Assembly: GCA_963674965.2 (NCBI GenBank)
Contig: CAXXFL010000006.1
Coordinates: 832,001 to 896,000 of the forward strand
Direction of reading: 5' to 3'
Length of the DNA: 64,000 nucleotides
From: a bacterium
Lineage (GTDB): Bacteria > RBG-13-61-14 > DATKZS01
In this document: positions 17,626 through 27,120 of the stretch, one piece after another
How the letters are laid out: the number at the start of each line of letters is the position of its first letter
Numbering within the stretch: the first letter of the stretch is position 1
Translations under genes and position numbers: made by a program
The notes under the pieces: generated by a model
Databases searched by the model: none
What the model was told of the DNA's origin: nothing
Seen by the model: only the letters and a program-made list of their open reading frames with translations

Positions 17626-20600
17626 TTACTCCGGTGGAAGTGATATGACTCCAGGTCCATCTGGCCAACTAGTGATTATTACCTTTGATTCATCGCTGAC
17701 AATAACATATATTTTTTCAACACCATCTTTTGGAACGTCAAGAACATATTCAATGCATTTATTCCCTTTGTTAGCTATTCCCGGTACTTCAGTACCATGG
17801 TCGACAGCATGAATAACCCATTCTTCGACTTCATGTTCAGTCCAACTTGCAGGGAATATATCTGTTTTGAATTTTCCCTTGCGCCAAAGGCCCTTTATAT
17901 GCCTGCCTACTATATGAAACCAACCGAATTTTGTGTTGCCCCGTAATAACGTGTACCCCTTCATGGAAACCCTTCTGATAGTACCAGAATCACCAGGGAT
18001 AATTGGGTCTGTAACCACCCCTATGAAAATGAGCATCCATTCCCACGTTGCTAATTGCTCCCCAGTATCGGGGTCTACGCCTGAATATAAGGACTGAACA
18101 TCTCTCAGCATGAAAAACAAGGTTAATGTGGCAAGGCTTTCTCCCATCATTAACAAATAATTCGATACTGCCATGGCAGCCAAATAGACTCTCACGGCAA
18201 TATTTGTCATTATCTCAATCAGGCTGTAGCCGGAATAATCCACAAACTGCAAAGGATTGTTTGATGTATATAAATATTTGTGAATACTCTTGGGATCATA
18301 TTCTTTTCCTAAATAATCATCTTGAGATATAAACCTTCCGGAAAAGGCATCATATAACCTCGCTCTAAAATAGTAGTATCCCAAATTAAAATCATACGCT
18401 TCTCCCGTAAAAAGATGGGTAATTATAGTGCTTCCTGTCCTGTCGAGCATACTCCCGAACGCGAGAAAATTAATAGTGTCAGTCACCTCGCGCGATGCTG
18501 ACGTCAGCGCCCGGGTCGAGCCGAGACCGTCGTAATGGAGATAGGAGACCTCCTGCCTTCCCTGGCTGATTAAATCGTCGCCGAAAGTATAATTGACAAG
18601 CTCCACGCCATCACTTACTTCACGCAAAGCCTGCGAATAACCGGTCCGGTTGTTATTGTCGATAAGATAAACAACAGATTCCGAGTCCGTGACCTTGTGA
18701 ATTCTTTCTCCCCTGAAGTCGTATGAATAGGATGACTCCTCTTGGCCGTCCTTTTCGGCGACTGTCATTTTATTTTCGAGGTCCCATTCGTATTGCCACG
18801 TCTCGCCAGTCGAGGCTTTACCCGTCATGTTACCGTTGTCATCCCACGTATACGACGTAATTCCCGAGGTTTCCGATTCGGTAAGGAGACGGTCGTTGTC
18901 GTCGTAGGCGTATGTCGTCAATACTCCGCCGACGTTCATATCGAGACGGTTGCCAAAAGCGTCGTAATCATATTCGATCCAATACGCGTTGTTTCCCGTC
19001 CTGCTCTCGCGAGTCAAGCGGTATAGATCGTCGTACTCGTAATCGTTCACGTCGCCATTATTTTCCTTGATGGAGACACGATTTCCGGATGGTCCCAGCG
19101 TGTAGGAGTAACTTGAAATGACGCCTTCCGGCCCCGAGTTTTCGAGGTAGGTCAGGCGGTTCAACTCGTCGAACTCGTAAGTCGCCAGGGTCCCGTTCGG
19201 ATAGGCCATGCTCTTTCGATTGCCCGCGGCGTCGTAGGTATACTCCGTGATTCCGTGGTCGTCGGTGACGGTCGCGAGGCGGCCGAGCGCGTCGTGGGCG
19301 TAGGTCACCACGTGCCCGCCCGAGTAGGTCGTCTCGACGAGGCCCCCGGCGATGTCGTATTTATAGGCGATGTACTGGCCGTCCTCCTTGTCGTCGCGGA
19401 GGAGCTGCCCGGTGACGTCGTCGTAGGTGAAGACGCGGTCCCGATACGGCTCGCCCGCGCCGAACTCGTAGCCGGTATAAATCACGCGGACGAGCTGGCC
19501 CCGGCCGTTGTATTGGCGTCCGATGGCCTTGCCGTCCGGATAGGTCCGGAGGGTCTCGCGCTTCATCTCGTCGAACTCGTAATTGACGGTCCGGCCGTTG
19601 AAGTCGGTATGGGACGATGCCATGCAGCAGTCCCGATATTCCCACGTCTCGGCCATGCCCTCGGGCAGGGTCCGCGAGGTCTTGCGGCCAAGCTCGTCGT
19701 AGGTAAAGGAGGTGACGTGCCCGTTGGGATCGACGATCGAGAGGAGGTTCCCGCCCGCGTCGTAGGCATAGCGGGTCTCTCCCCCCTCGGCGTCGTCCAC
19801 GCCGATGAGGCTACCCATCTCGTCGTAAAGAAACTCGGTCCTCACGCCCGCCTGGTCCACCTCGGCCACCTTCCTCCCCAACTCGTCATACTCGACGCTC
19901 GAGCGCGTCCCGTCCGGATATACCGTCGCCGTCTTCCGACCCGCCGCGTCGTACTCGCTCTCCCAGCGGTTGTCGTTGGCGTCGATCATCGCGACCTGCC
20001 TCCCAAGCTCATCGTACTCGTACGAGGTCTCGTTGCCAAGGGCGTCGATGACTTTTTTCGTACGTCCCAAAACGTCGTACTCTCTCTGACTGACGCCGCC
20101 GCGAGGGTCCTTGCTTTGCACCACCCGGCCAAGGGCGTCGTAAGCGCTCGAGGTCTCGGCCCCGTTGGCGCGGACGCTCTTCACGGCCCGGCCAAGCGCG
20201 TCGTAGAACGTACGCGAAGCCTGACCGGTCTTGTCCACGCTCATGACCACTCGGCCCTCGATATCGTAGACCGTTTCCGTGTGCGTCCCGTCTGGAGACC
20301 ACTGCTCGATGGCGCGGCCCTGGTCGTCGTACACGGTGAGGGTCTCGGCGCCGTTCGAGTCGATGACCGAGGTCTGGAGGCCGGCGGCGTTGTACTTGTA
20401 GGCGGTGGTCCGTCCGAGGGGGTCGGTGGTGGAGATGAGCCGTCCTTTTTTGTCGTACTCGCTGGTGGTCGCGTATCCGCGCCGGTCGATGCTGGAGACG
20501 GCGTTGCCCATGGCGTCGTAGGCGGTGGAGGTCACGACCGTCGCGGGGTTTCCCAGGTAGTCGGTGACGGTCATGGAGGTGGACACCCGGTTTCCCTTGT

Positions 20601-23600
20601 CGTCGTAGACGTAGGAGGTGGTGTCGCCCAGGGCGTTGGTGGTAAGTACCATGTTGCCGCTCGAGTCGTATTCGTAGAGGGTTTCGCTCCCGAGCTTGTC
20701 CACGGACCGCGTCAGGTTTCCGCGCGAGTCGTACTCGCTTGAGCTTACGTGATCGAGGGGGTCGGTAGCGGTGAGGAGTTGGCCCCTCGAGTTGTAGGCG
20801 TAGGTCCAGACGTTGTCCATGGCGTCGGTCTTTGTAAGCATGTTGCCTTTGGAGTCGTAGGTCCAGGAGGTGGCGGCGCCGAGGGCGTCGGTCTCGCCGG
20901 TCTTGTTGCCGTCGCCGTCGTACTCGTACTCGGTCCGGTGGCCGAGGGCGTTGGTCTCGGAGACCACGTTGCCGGCGGAGTCGTACTCGTAGACCGTGAC
21001 GTTGCCGAGGCGGTCCTTGATTACCTCCTGGCGGGCGCCGGGCCGGTGGTCGAACTCGACGCGCTCCCCGTCCGGGTCCACCACGGCAATGAGACGTCCC
21101 GACTCGTCGTACTCGTTCCTGGTGGCGCGGACGCCGGTGGGCGCGACTATGTCGGTCAGGTAGTGTGCCGCATAGGCGAACCTGGTGACGGCGCCGTCCT
21201 GGAGGGTGGTGGAGACGAGGTCGCCGCTCGCGTCGTATCGATAGGTCACCTGGTTTCCGGCCGGGTCGGTCAGGGCGGTGACGCGGCCGCCATGGGCCAG
21301 GTCGCGGGTAAAGGTCACCTCCTCGATACAGTCCGAGCAGTTCCGGCCCCACTCGTCGCAGGTGGACATATCGCAGCCGTAATGCACGCCGCCGCCGTCA
21401 AAGACCAGGCGGTTGCCGTTCAAGTCCTCGACACCCGTCAGGGCGGGCGACTCCCAGGCGATGGGAGCGTCGGTGATGGGGTCGCGATCGGTAACCTCCT
21501 TGACTATATTGTACTTCGTGCCGTCCCTGGTGGTCAGGATATAGCCGGGCACGACCGACTCCTGGTAGGGCGTGCCGTAGGTTGAGTAATCGTGGAAGAA
21601 GCCGAGTATCTGTCCGTTGAGGTTGTCGTAGAGAACGCGGTTGTCCTCCGACATCTCGAGGGTGTCGAACACGCCGGGCGGCGCCTCCCACGCGGCCCGC
21701 AGGGTGACGGGGTTTTGCTGGGTCAGCTTGTAGTAGAAGGTCACGCGCCTTCCGTCGGGGAGGTTGACGGTGACGTTCCTCGCGGCGTCCTCCTTTAAGT
21801 CTATGTCGCGGAGGAACATCTTCCAGCCATGGCCGAAGTCTCCCGCCTCGTCCCTCTCGATGGAGGAGTAGGTCCTTCCCACGGTGATGGACAGGCCGCC
21901 GAGGGGCACGGTCAAGTCCTCGAAGGAGATGGTGAAGAGGCCGATCTTAAGCTGGCCCGTGACGATGAACTCGGACAAAAGCTCGGACTCCCGGCCCTCG
22001 GCGTCGATGGCCGAGAGGCGGAGGACGTAGAAGTCGTTCTTCATGTTGGTGGGATCGAGGGCGGCGACGGCCCGCTCGGCCACCGGCTCGTCCCCTCCCG
22101 AGGCCAACTCGATAAAGGCGTCGGGATCGTAGGCCCCGACCTCGTCCAGGGCCTGGTACTCGAGCTTCCACGAGACCAGGTCCAGGTCGTTGACGGTGGC
22201 GACGACGTCGGCGGGCGCGGTGATGGAGTCGCCGTCGCCGGGCGAATGTATGGCCAGCATGGGCGGCTGGTTTACGATCTCGATGAAGAAGCCTTCCGAG
22301 GCAACATAGGAGCCGGTGGAGAGGGACGCGACGTACTCGCCGTTGGGGGCGGCCTCGCCGGTATCGAGTTTTCCGTCCCACTCGAGAAGGGCCTCCGTGC
22401 CGACGCCGCTGAAGGTTTTGAGGACCGTGTTCCCCGAGGCCGTCTCGAGGGTGATGGTCCAGTTGGAATGAGCGGTTATCTTGCCGGAAACGGTAAGGGT
22501 ATCGCTAACGCCGTCGCCGTTGGGGCTTACGACCTTCGGGGTTACCGAGAAGGCGTAGAGGCGGTTGTCCGCGATGACGCTTATCGAGTCCTGGCCTTTC
22601 CTTCCCCGCTCGTCATAGGCGCGGGCGGCGATGGTGAGGGTCCCGTTGTCGTAGCGCTGGGTGTCCAGGTCGAGCGAGTACTGGCCGTTGCCCTGGCCGG
22701 TTACGGTCTCGACGACCCGGCCGTTCACGAGGAATTCCAGCTTGGCCACGTCCCAGTCGTCGTTGGCGTCCGCCGTTACCTGTATCTCGCCGCTTACCTC
22801 TTGTCCGTTCTGGGGGGCCGTTATCGCGACGACGGGGGCGGCCTGTCCCTGGTCCTCATTTTGCACCGTGACCGAGTCGCCGGAGATGAGGCCCACGGAG
22901 TCGGTGGCGGTCAGCTTGATCCGGCACGGTCCGGCCGGGTAAAGGGAGGAGTCCACGAGGGCCAGGGTGGCGTTGTCGGCCGGGCTGAGGCGGGCGTCGA
23001 GGTTTTGCCACGGGTCGCCGTTGCAGCTTATGTCGAGGGAGTAGCCCATGAAGTGCTCGTCCTTCGCCGTTCCGGCCACGGCGAACACGCGGTCCACGGT
23101 CTGGCCGCCGACGGGGCTGGATATGATGGCGGTCGGCGGCGTGGCGTCGATCTCGATCCGGGCGCTCGCGGGCAGGGCCGCGATGGTCTTGCCCGCGGCG
23201 ACGGCGTTGGCCGTGACGGTGTAGACCCCGTCGTCGGCGACGGCCATGCTCTCGTCGGTCCCGTCCCACTCGAGGTCTATGAGCCGTCCCCGGCCGGAGA
23301 ATTCCTTAATTGGGGCGTCGGAGTCGTCGGTGATGGTCACGGTCCAGTCGGACTCGCGGGAGATGCCGCCCGTGATCCTGGCGGTATCGAGCTTGCCGCC
23401 ACCGCCGGGGGAGATGACGGCGGGCGACGCCGAGAACTGGACAATATTGGCCCGGTTGCTCAGGACGTCGATCACGCCCGATATGGCGATACCCGAGGCG
23501 ATATAGGTGACCTTGTCCAGTTCCTCCTTGTCCCGGAACCAGTCGTCTATGGCGCTGATGGCGGGGGAGTAGGACCAGGCCGCGGAGGTGGTGACCTCCT

Positions 23601-26328
23601 GGGCCAGGGTCATCCATCCGATTACCGGCTCGAGTATCTCGAGGTATTTGGACGAGTCGCCGGGAGTTATGAGGTCGGTCACGGTAAGGAACGCCGCCGG
23701 TCTGATGCCCCCCGCCAGTCCGCCCTCCATGAAGTATCCCGAGCCGCCCGTTTGCGGGTCGTGCACGATATAGCTCGCGCCCTTGTACCCGGCGTACTCG
23801 ATCTCGGCCGCCGGCGCCGTGACGATCATGCCGGAGCTTGCCGCGTTGGCCGCCTTGATCCTGACCTCGGGGGGCAGCGCCGTCATTTGCAGCATCGCGT
23901 CCTCGAAGTTGTCCGGCGTAAGCGTGTGGACGGGAACGCCATTCTTGTTGGCCGCGAGCAGGAGGTTGAGGGAGGAGGCCGCGCTCGCTCCCAGCGTCTG
24001 GGTAAGAACGTTATGCTCGAAGGCGGCTGAGGTCAGCCCGGCGATGGTCATGAACTGTTTCTCGTCCACCCGGTCCCCATTTATGGACACGGGCACGATG
24101 GCGTTCCTGTCGATGGAGAGGGCGAAACGGTTGGCCCTGGCGGCGGTGGGAACGCCGAAGGTCAGGTCTCGGTCGAGTTCGTAGCCGATGGTCAGGGCCG
24201 AGGGATGGCGCGTGGCCTTGACCTGGAGGGAGGAGGAGGCGATTTGGAGCATCCGGTCCAGTTCCTGGAAATAGGCGAGGCCGACCGCCTGCAGCGTCTT
24301 GCCGAGGACGGCGTCGAGGTCGTCGATCGCGGGAGAGCCGGACAATTCCTTTTCCAGGAGCCTTAATTCCCCGAGCCTGGCGTGAAGGTTTTCGACCGAT
24401 ACTCCCTGCGCGTCGAAAACGACAGCCACGTAGGAGCCGGCCAGTATGGGCCTGACCGCGCTGGACGACTCCAAGCCGGGACCGTCAAAGGTGATGGAAA
24501 TCGCCTGGTCCGAGGCCATCTGAACGGGATTCTGGCCCGCGGCCACGACTTCTCCGTCGATCGACAACCTGGGCAACACGTTAATGAGATAGGCGGGGAC
24601 CTCGTCTTCCCCGGCGAACTGATTGAGGATCAACTCGTCCTCGACGCCGGCGGGGACGTAGGAGACGCTCGCTATTTGGCGGCCAAGTGTCATTATGTCG
24701 GCCTGATAGGACAATTCGATCGAGTCGTCTGGATTGACGATCTGGATAGTAACGAAGTGCTTGATATCCTGCCCCAGGGACGACGACTCGACGGGCTCGC
24801 CGATCACGTCGTAGGGAAGAGAAGACGGCAGGGCCTGGAGGCTTTGCTCGATTATTTCTTTTTTCTGATATAGGTCCTCTGGAGAGCGGCCGTTGGCGCC
24901 CGCGAAACGCTCGACCCGAGAGCCCCAGCCGTCGATCTTCTCGACGATGAAGTCCTCGGGCACGTTGGTGGCGTACGAGTTTGCCTCGTCAATCGAGGAA
25001 GCGTCCTTGATAGAGACTATAAAGGAATTGGCGTCCACGCCCAGGGACGTGGCCACGTCGATATGGACACCATACTCGTGGAGCTTGTAACTCGGGTCCA
25101 GGTCTATCCAGTCCGAGCCGGGCTCTCCCGCGTCGGCTCCCCTGTGGGTCGAGTAAGGGACAAAGGCCCGGACCCAGGTATGCTCGAACTCGATGAACCG
25201 GCCGTTGCCAACGTCCTTAAGCTCGGCTTGTATGCCGTTGTCTCTCAAAACGTTCACGGAGCTTTGCGGGTCCAGGGAGCCTATCCAGGACCCGACTTTG
25301 TCCGCCGGGACTCTTATAACTCCGCTTACGTAGCGAGAGGGTATGCCGGCCTCGCGGAGCATGGATATTAGCAATGAAGCCTGATCTACGTCGTTTCCGT
25401 ATCCTGAAAGGAGCGCTCCTTCATTGCCCTGAATCGAGCCGGTTGAGGGAGTAAACTCCACCCGGTTGCGGACGTATTCGTAAATCCTGACGGGGTTGTT
25501 TTGCAATTGCTCCACCAGGTTCCTTATCCCGCCCGTCCGCGCGGTCTCGGGCGTCGCGGCCAGGTCGTCCTCAACCGGAGGAGACGCCGCCAGAGCCTTT
25601 TCGCCCAGCAAGACGTCGGTTAATACCGATGCAAGCCTTACGCCGTCCCCGGGATGGGCAAGGCTTAACTCGGTCGTTTGATTTGTCGCCAATGAATAAC
25701 GCGGAATTTGAGTCGGCAGATTTCCAGACTCGTATTGATTATCTATTCTGGCGCGATCAAAATGAGTGACCGCCTCGATGAGCTTATTGCCTTGATTCAG
25801 TATCCGGTTACGATAGTGGTTCCTTAAAAGACCGCGCAGCCAGAAATCGTCGCCCTGAAGATTATTGTAGCTTTCCGCTAATTCCAAAAGTTTGGGAAGA
25901 GTTTTTTCAAGAACTTCCAAGTCGCTGAAAATTCCAAGCTTGGCCGCGTCATGTCGCTTCATGGCCAGGTCGGGTAATCGCTTCTCCTTTATCATCGCGT
26001 CCAGCCTCGATAGCTTGCCGGTTATTGCGGCCCGATGATCGCTCAGAACGCCAAGGGCGGCCTCGATATTCGAGACCTCACTATCCAGCCTCTCGCCCAG
26101 CGCCGCGTGTCTCTGGAGGGATTTTACAAGCCAGCCCACCTGACTGACGAAAAGCCTGGGATCGTCCTTTGAATAGTCCACTTCCACGACGTCGCGCATC
26201 CATGATGGGATATGCTCGATGGAGCCTCGGCGAGGCGGAATTAGAAAGTCATGAAAAACCAGCGCCGTGGATATGAAAATTAATACGGCTATAGCCAGAG
26301 GTTTATTTCTTACGATCCTTGTTATCAT
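17626..26328 (-). CDS. Secreted Rhs polymorphic toxin: signal/anchor, transglutaminase-like domain, FlgD-Ig and Big domains, YD/Rhs repeats, Rhs core, PT-TG-like linker, EndoU-like toxin
   Basis: GNDVDQASLLISMLREAGIPSRYV..EHTWV..WIDLDPS; SPNGDGVSD..WDGK; many YxYD..G repeats; LHYDGLGS, YYYFRARLYD, NNPLQFVDYSG; GVDPDTGEQL; GWFHIVGRH..FPASW..IITSWP. RBS AGAGGA upstream. Confidence 0.92.
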   Translation of the reverse strand: MITRIVRNKPLAIAVLIFISTALVFHDFLIPPRRGSIEHIPSWMRDVVEVDYSKDDPRLFVSQVGWLVKSLQRHAALGERLDSEVSNIEAALGVLSDHRAAITGKLSRLDAMIKEKRLPDLAMKRHDAAKLGIFSDLEVLEKTLPKLLELAESYNNLQGDDFWLRGLLRNHYRNRILNQGNKLIEAVTHFDRARIDNQYESGNLPTQIPRYSLATNQTTELSLAHPGDGVRLASVLTDVLLGEKALAASPPVEDDLAATPETARTGGIRNLVEQLQNNPVRIYEYVRNRVEFTPSTGSIQGNEGALLSGYGNDVDQASLLISMLREAGIPSRYVSGVIRVPADKVGSWIGSLDPQSSVNVLRDNGIQAELKDVGNGRFIEFEHTWVRAFVPYSTHRGADAGEPGSDWIDLDPSYKLHEYGVHIDVATSLGVDANSFIVSIKDASSIDEANSYATNVPEDFIVEKIDGWGSRVERFAGANGRSPEDLYQKKEIIEQSLQALPSSLPYDVIGEPVESSSLGQDIKHFVTIQIVNPDDSIELSYQADIMTLGRQIASVSYVPAGVEDELILNQFAGEDEVPAYLINVLPRLSIDGEVVAAGQNPVQMASDQAISITFDGPGLESSSAVRPILAGSYVAVVFDAQGVSVENLHARLGELRLLEKELSGSPAIDDLDAVLGKTLQAVGLAYFQELDRMLQIASSSLQVKATRHPSALTIGYELDRDLTFGVPTAARANRFALSIDRNAIVPVSINGDRVDEKQFMTIAGLTSAAFEHNVLTQTLGASAASSLNLLLAANKNGVPVHTLTPDNFEDAMLQMTALPPEVRIKAANAASSGMIVTAPAAEIEYAGYKGASYIVHDPQTGGSGYFMEGGLAGGIRPAAFLTVTDLITPGDSSKYLEILEPVIGWMTLAQEVTTSAAWSYSPAISAIDDWFRDKEELDKVTYIASGIAISGVIDVLSNRANIVQFSASPAVISPGGGGKLDTARITGGISRESDWTVTITDDSDAPIKEFSGRGRLIDLEWDGTDESMAVADDGVYTVTANAVAAGKTIAALPASARIEIDATPPTAIISSPVGGQTVDRVFAVAGTAKDEHFMGYSLDISCNGDPWQNLDARLSPADNATLALVDSSLYPAGPCRIKLTATDSVGLISGDSVTVQNEDQGQAAPVVAITAPQNGQEVSGEIQVTADANDDWDVAKLEFLVNGRVVETVTGQGNGQYSLDLDTQRYDNGTLTIAARAYDERGRKGQDSISVIADNRLYAFSVTPKVVSPNGDGVSDTLTVSGKITAHSNWTITLETASGNTVLKTFSGVGTEALLEWDGKLDTGEAAPNGEYVASLSTGSYVASEGFFIEIVNQPPMLAIHSPGDGDSITAPADVVATVNDLDLVSWKLEYQALDEVGAYDPDAFIELASGGDEPVAERAVAALDPTNMKNDFYVLRLSAIDAEGRESELLSEFIVTGQLKIGLFTISFEDLTVPLGGLSITVGRTYSSIERDEAGDFGHGWKMFLRDIDLKEDAARNVTVNLPDGRRVTFYYKLTQQNPVTLRAAWEAPPGVFDTLEMSEDNRVLYDNLNGQILGFFHDYSTYGTPYQESVVPGYILTTRDGTKYNIVKEVTDRDPITDAPIAWESPALTGVEDLNGNRLVFDGGGVHYGCDMSTCDEWGRNCSDCIEEVTFTRDLAHGGRVTALTDPAGNQVTYRYDASGDLVSTTLQDGAVTRFAYAAHYLTDIVAPTGVRATRNEYDESGRLIAVVDPDGERVEFDHRPGARQEVIKDRLGNVTVYEYDSAGNVVSETNALGHRTEYEYDGDGNKTGETDALGAATSWTYDSKGNMLTKTDAMDNVWTYAYNSRGQLLTATDPLDHVSSSEYDSRGNLTRSVDKLGSETLYEYDSSGNMVLTTNALGDTTSYVYDDKGNRVSTSMTVTDYLGNPATVVTSTAYDAMGNAVSSIDRRGYATTSEYDKKGRLISTTDPLGRTTAYKYNAAGLQTSVIDSNGAETLTVYDDQGRAIEQWSPDGTHTETVYDIEGRVVMSVDKTGQASRTFYDALGRAVKSVRANGAETSSAYDALGRVVQSKDPRGGVSQREYDVLGRTKKVIDALGNETSYEYDELGRQVAMIDANDNRWESEYDAAGRKTATVYPDGTRSSVEYDELGRKVAEVDQAGVRTEFLYDEMGSLIGVDDAEGGETRYAYDAGGNLLSIVDPNGHVTSFTYDELGRKTSRTLPEGMAETWEYRDCCMASSHTDFNGRTVNYEFDEMKRETLRTYPDGKAIGRQYNGRGQLVRVIYTGYEFGAGEPYRDRVFTYDDVTGQLLRDDKEDGQYIAYKYDIAGGLVETTYSGGHVVTYAHDALGRLATVTDDHGITEYTYDAAGNRKSMAYPNGTLATYEFDELNRLTYLENSGPEGVISSYSYTLGPSGNRVSIKENNGDVNDYEYDDLYRLTRESRTGNNAYWIEYDYDAFGNRLDMNVGGVLTTYAYDDNDRLLTESETSGITSYTWDDNGNMTGKASTGETWQYEWDLENKMTVAEKDGQEESSYSYDFRGERIHKVTDSESVVYLIDNNNRTGYSQALREVSDGVELVNYTFGDDLISQGRQEVSYLHYDGLGSTRALTSASREVTDTINFLAFGSMLDRTGSTIITHLFTGEAYDFNLGYYYFRARLYDAFSGRFISQDDYLGKEYDPKSIHKYLYTSNNPLQFVDYSGYSLIEIMTNIAVRVYLAAMAVSNYLLMMGESLATLTLFFMLRDVQSLYSGVDPDTGEQLATWEWMLIFIGVVTDPIIPGDSGTIRRVSMKGYTLLRGNTKFGWFHIVGRHIKGLWRKGKFKTDIFPASWTEHEVEEWVIHAVDHGTEVPGIANKGNKCIEYVLDVPKDGVEKIYVIVSDESKVIITSWPDGPGVISLPPE

Positions 26329-26756
26329 GGTCCATCCTCTTTTAGATTTCTATACTTGCGACTAAAGGAATAAATCTTCCCGAATTCCGCCAAATTCCAT
26401 AATGGCTATTCTTTCCCTGGCGACTGAAAGGAACAAGACAATTGTTGATCCTTACATTATCCCTTCTGGCCGTTTGCCGGGCCTATAACGGCACTTGAGA
26501 ATCGATAATTTCGTTTTACTCGCCGGCTACTCCCCATGCGAAGCCGACGAAACTGGATTATTCAATTGAACTCTGTAAAGCAAGGATCAAGAACGTGGAG
26601 GCAAGAGTTGATCGTACCCTGATGGCTCAATAATAGAGTGATAACCAAAGAGGCCGTTAATTCCCTCGCCGTTTTCACCCGTTGCTCCATTCATTAATCC
26701 CTTTCTGGATTTTGCTCATAGAGTCCGCCTAATTCGATAAATACAAGAAAACGCTA

Positions 26757-27120
26757 CTACACTCGCGTTGGATATTCAAGCGTTTTATGGAAATTTTTTT
26801 GTTTTCTCATATTTCCATTTAATTTTAAGCACTTGGATATTACGGGAAGTGAGTCGATGATAAAAGGGATGTGTGGTCCGCGGACGAAAAGGGGCATAAG
26901 TTGATATTTCACTTGGTTCGCTTTTTCCTCCCACATGTCCGCGGGAATATTCCCGTCGTTCTCCAAAAGGATTTCATTCAATTCTTCCCAAGTGCAAAGT
27001 GGGACGGCGGTATTGGTTAGGATGTCCAGCCCAAGTAAAGTCTTCATTAATTATAAGAAGGTTATCCTGTTCTGTGTCGGAAGTTAAAGACTTCAACTTC
27101 TTACTATCATCCTTGCTCAT
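26757..27120 (-). pseudogene. Possible degraded or frameshifted gene at the end of the defence operon
   Basis: An ATG overlapping the DUF499 stop opens a 48-aa frame that overlaps the listed 96-aa ORF in another frame; no recognisable motif. Confidence 0.3.

Noticed and set aside
19255-25681. 733-aa, 495-aa and 447-aa ORFs overlapping the Rhs gene
   Set aside because: Shadow frames caused by high-GC codon bias in the Rhs gene.
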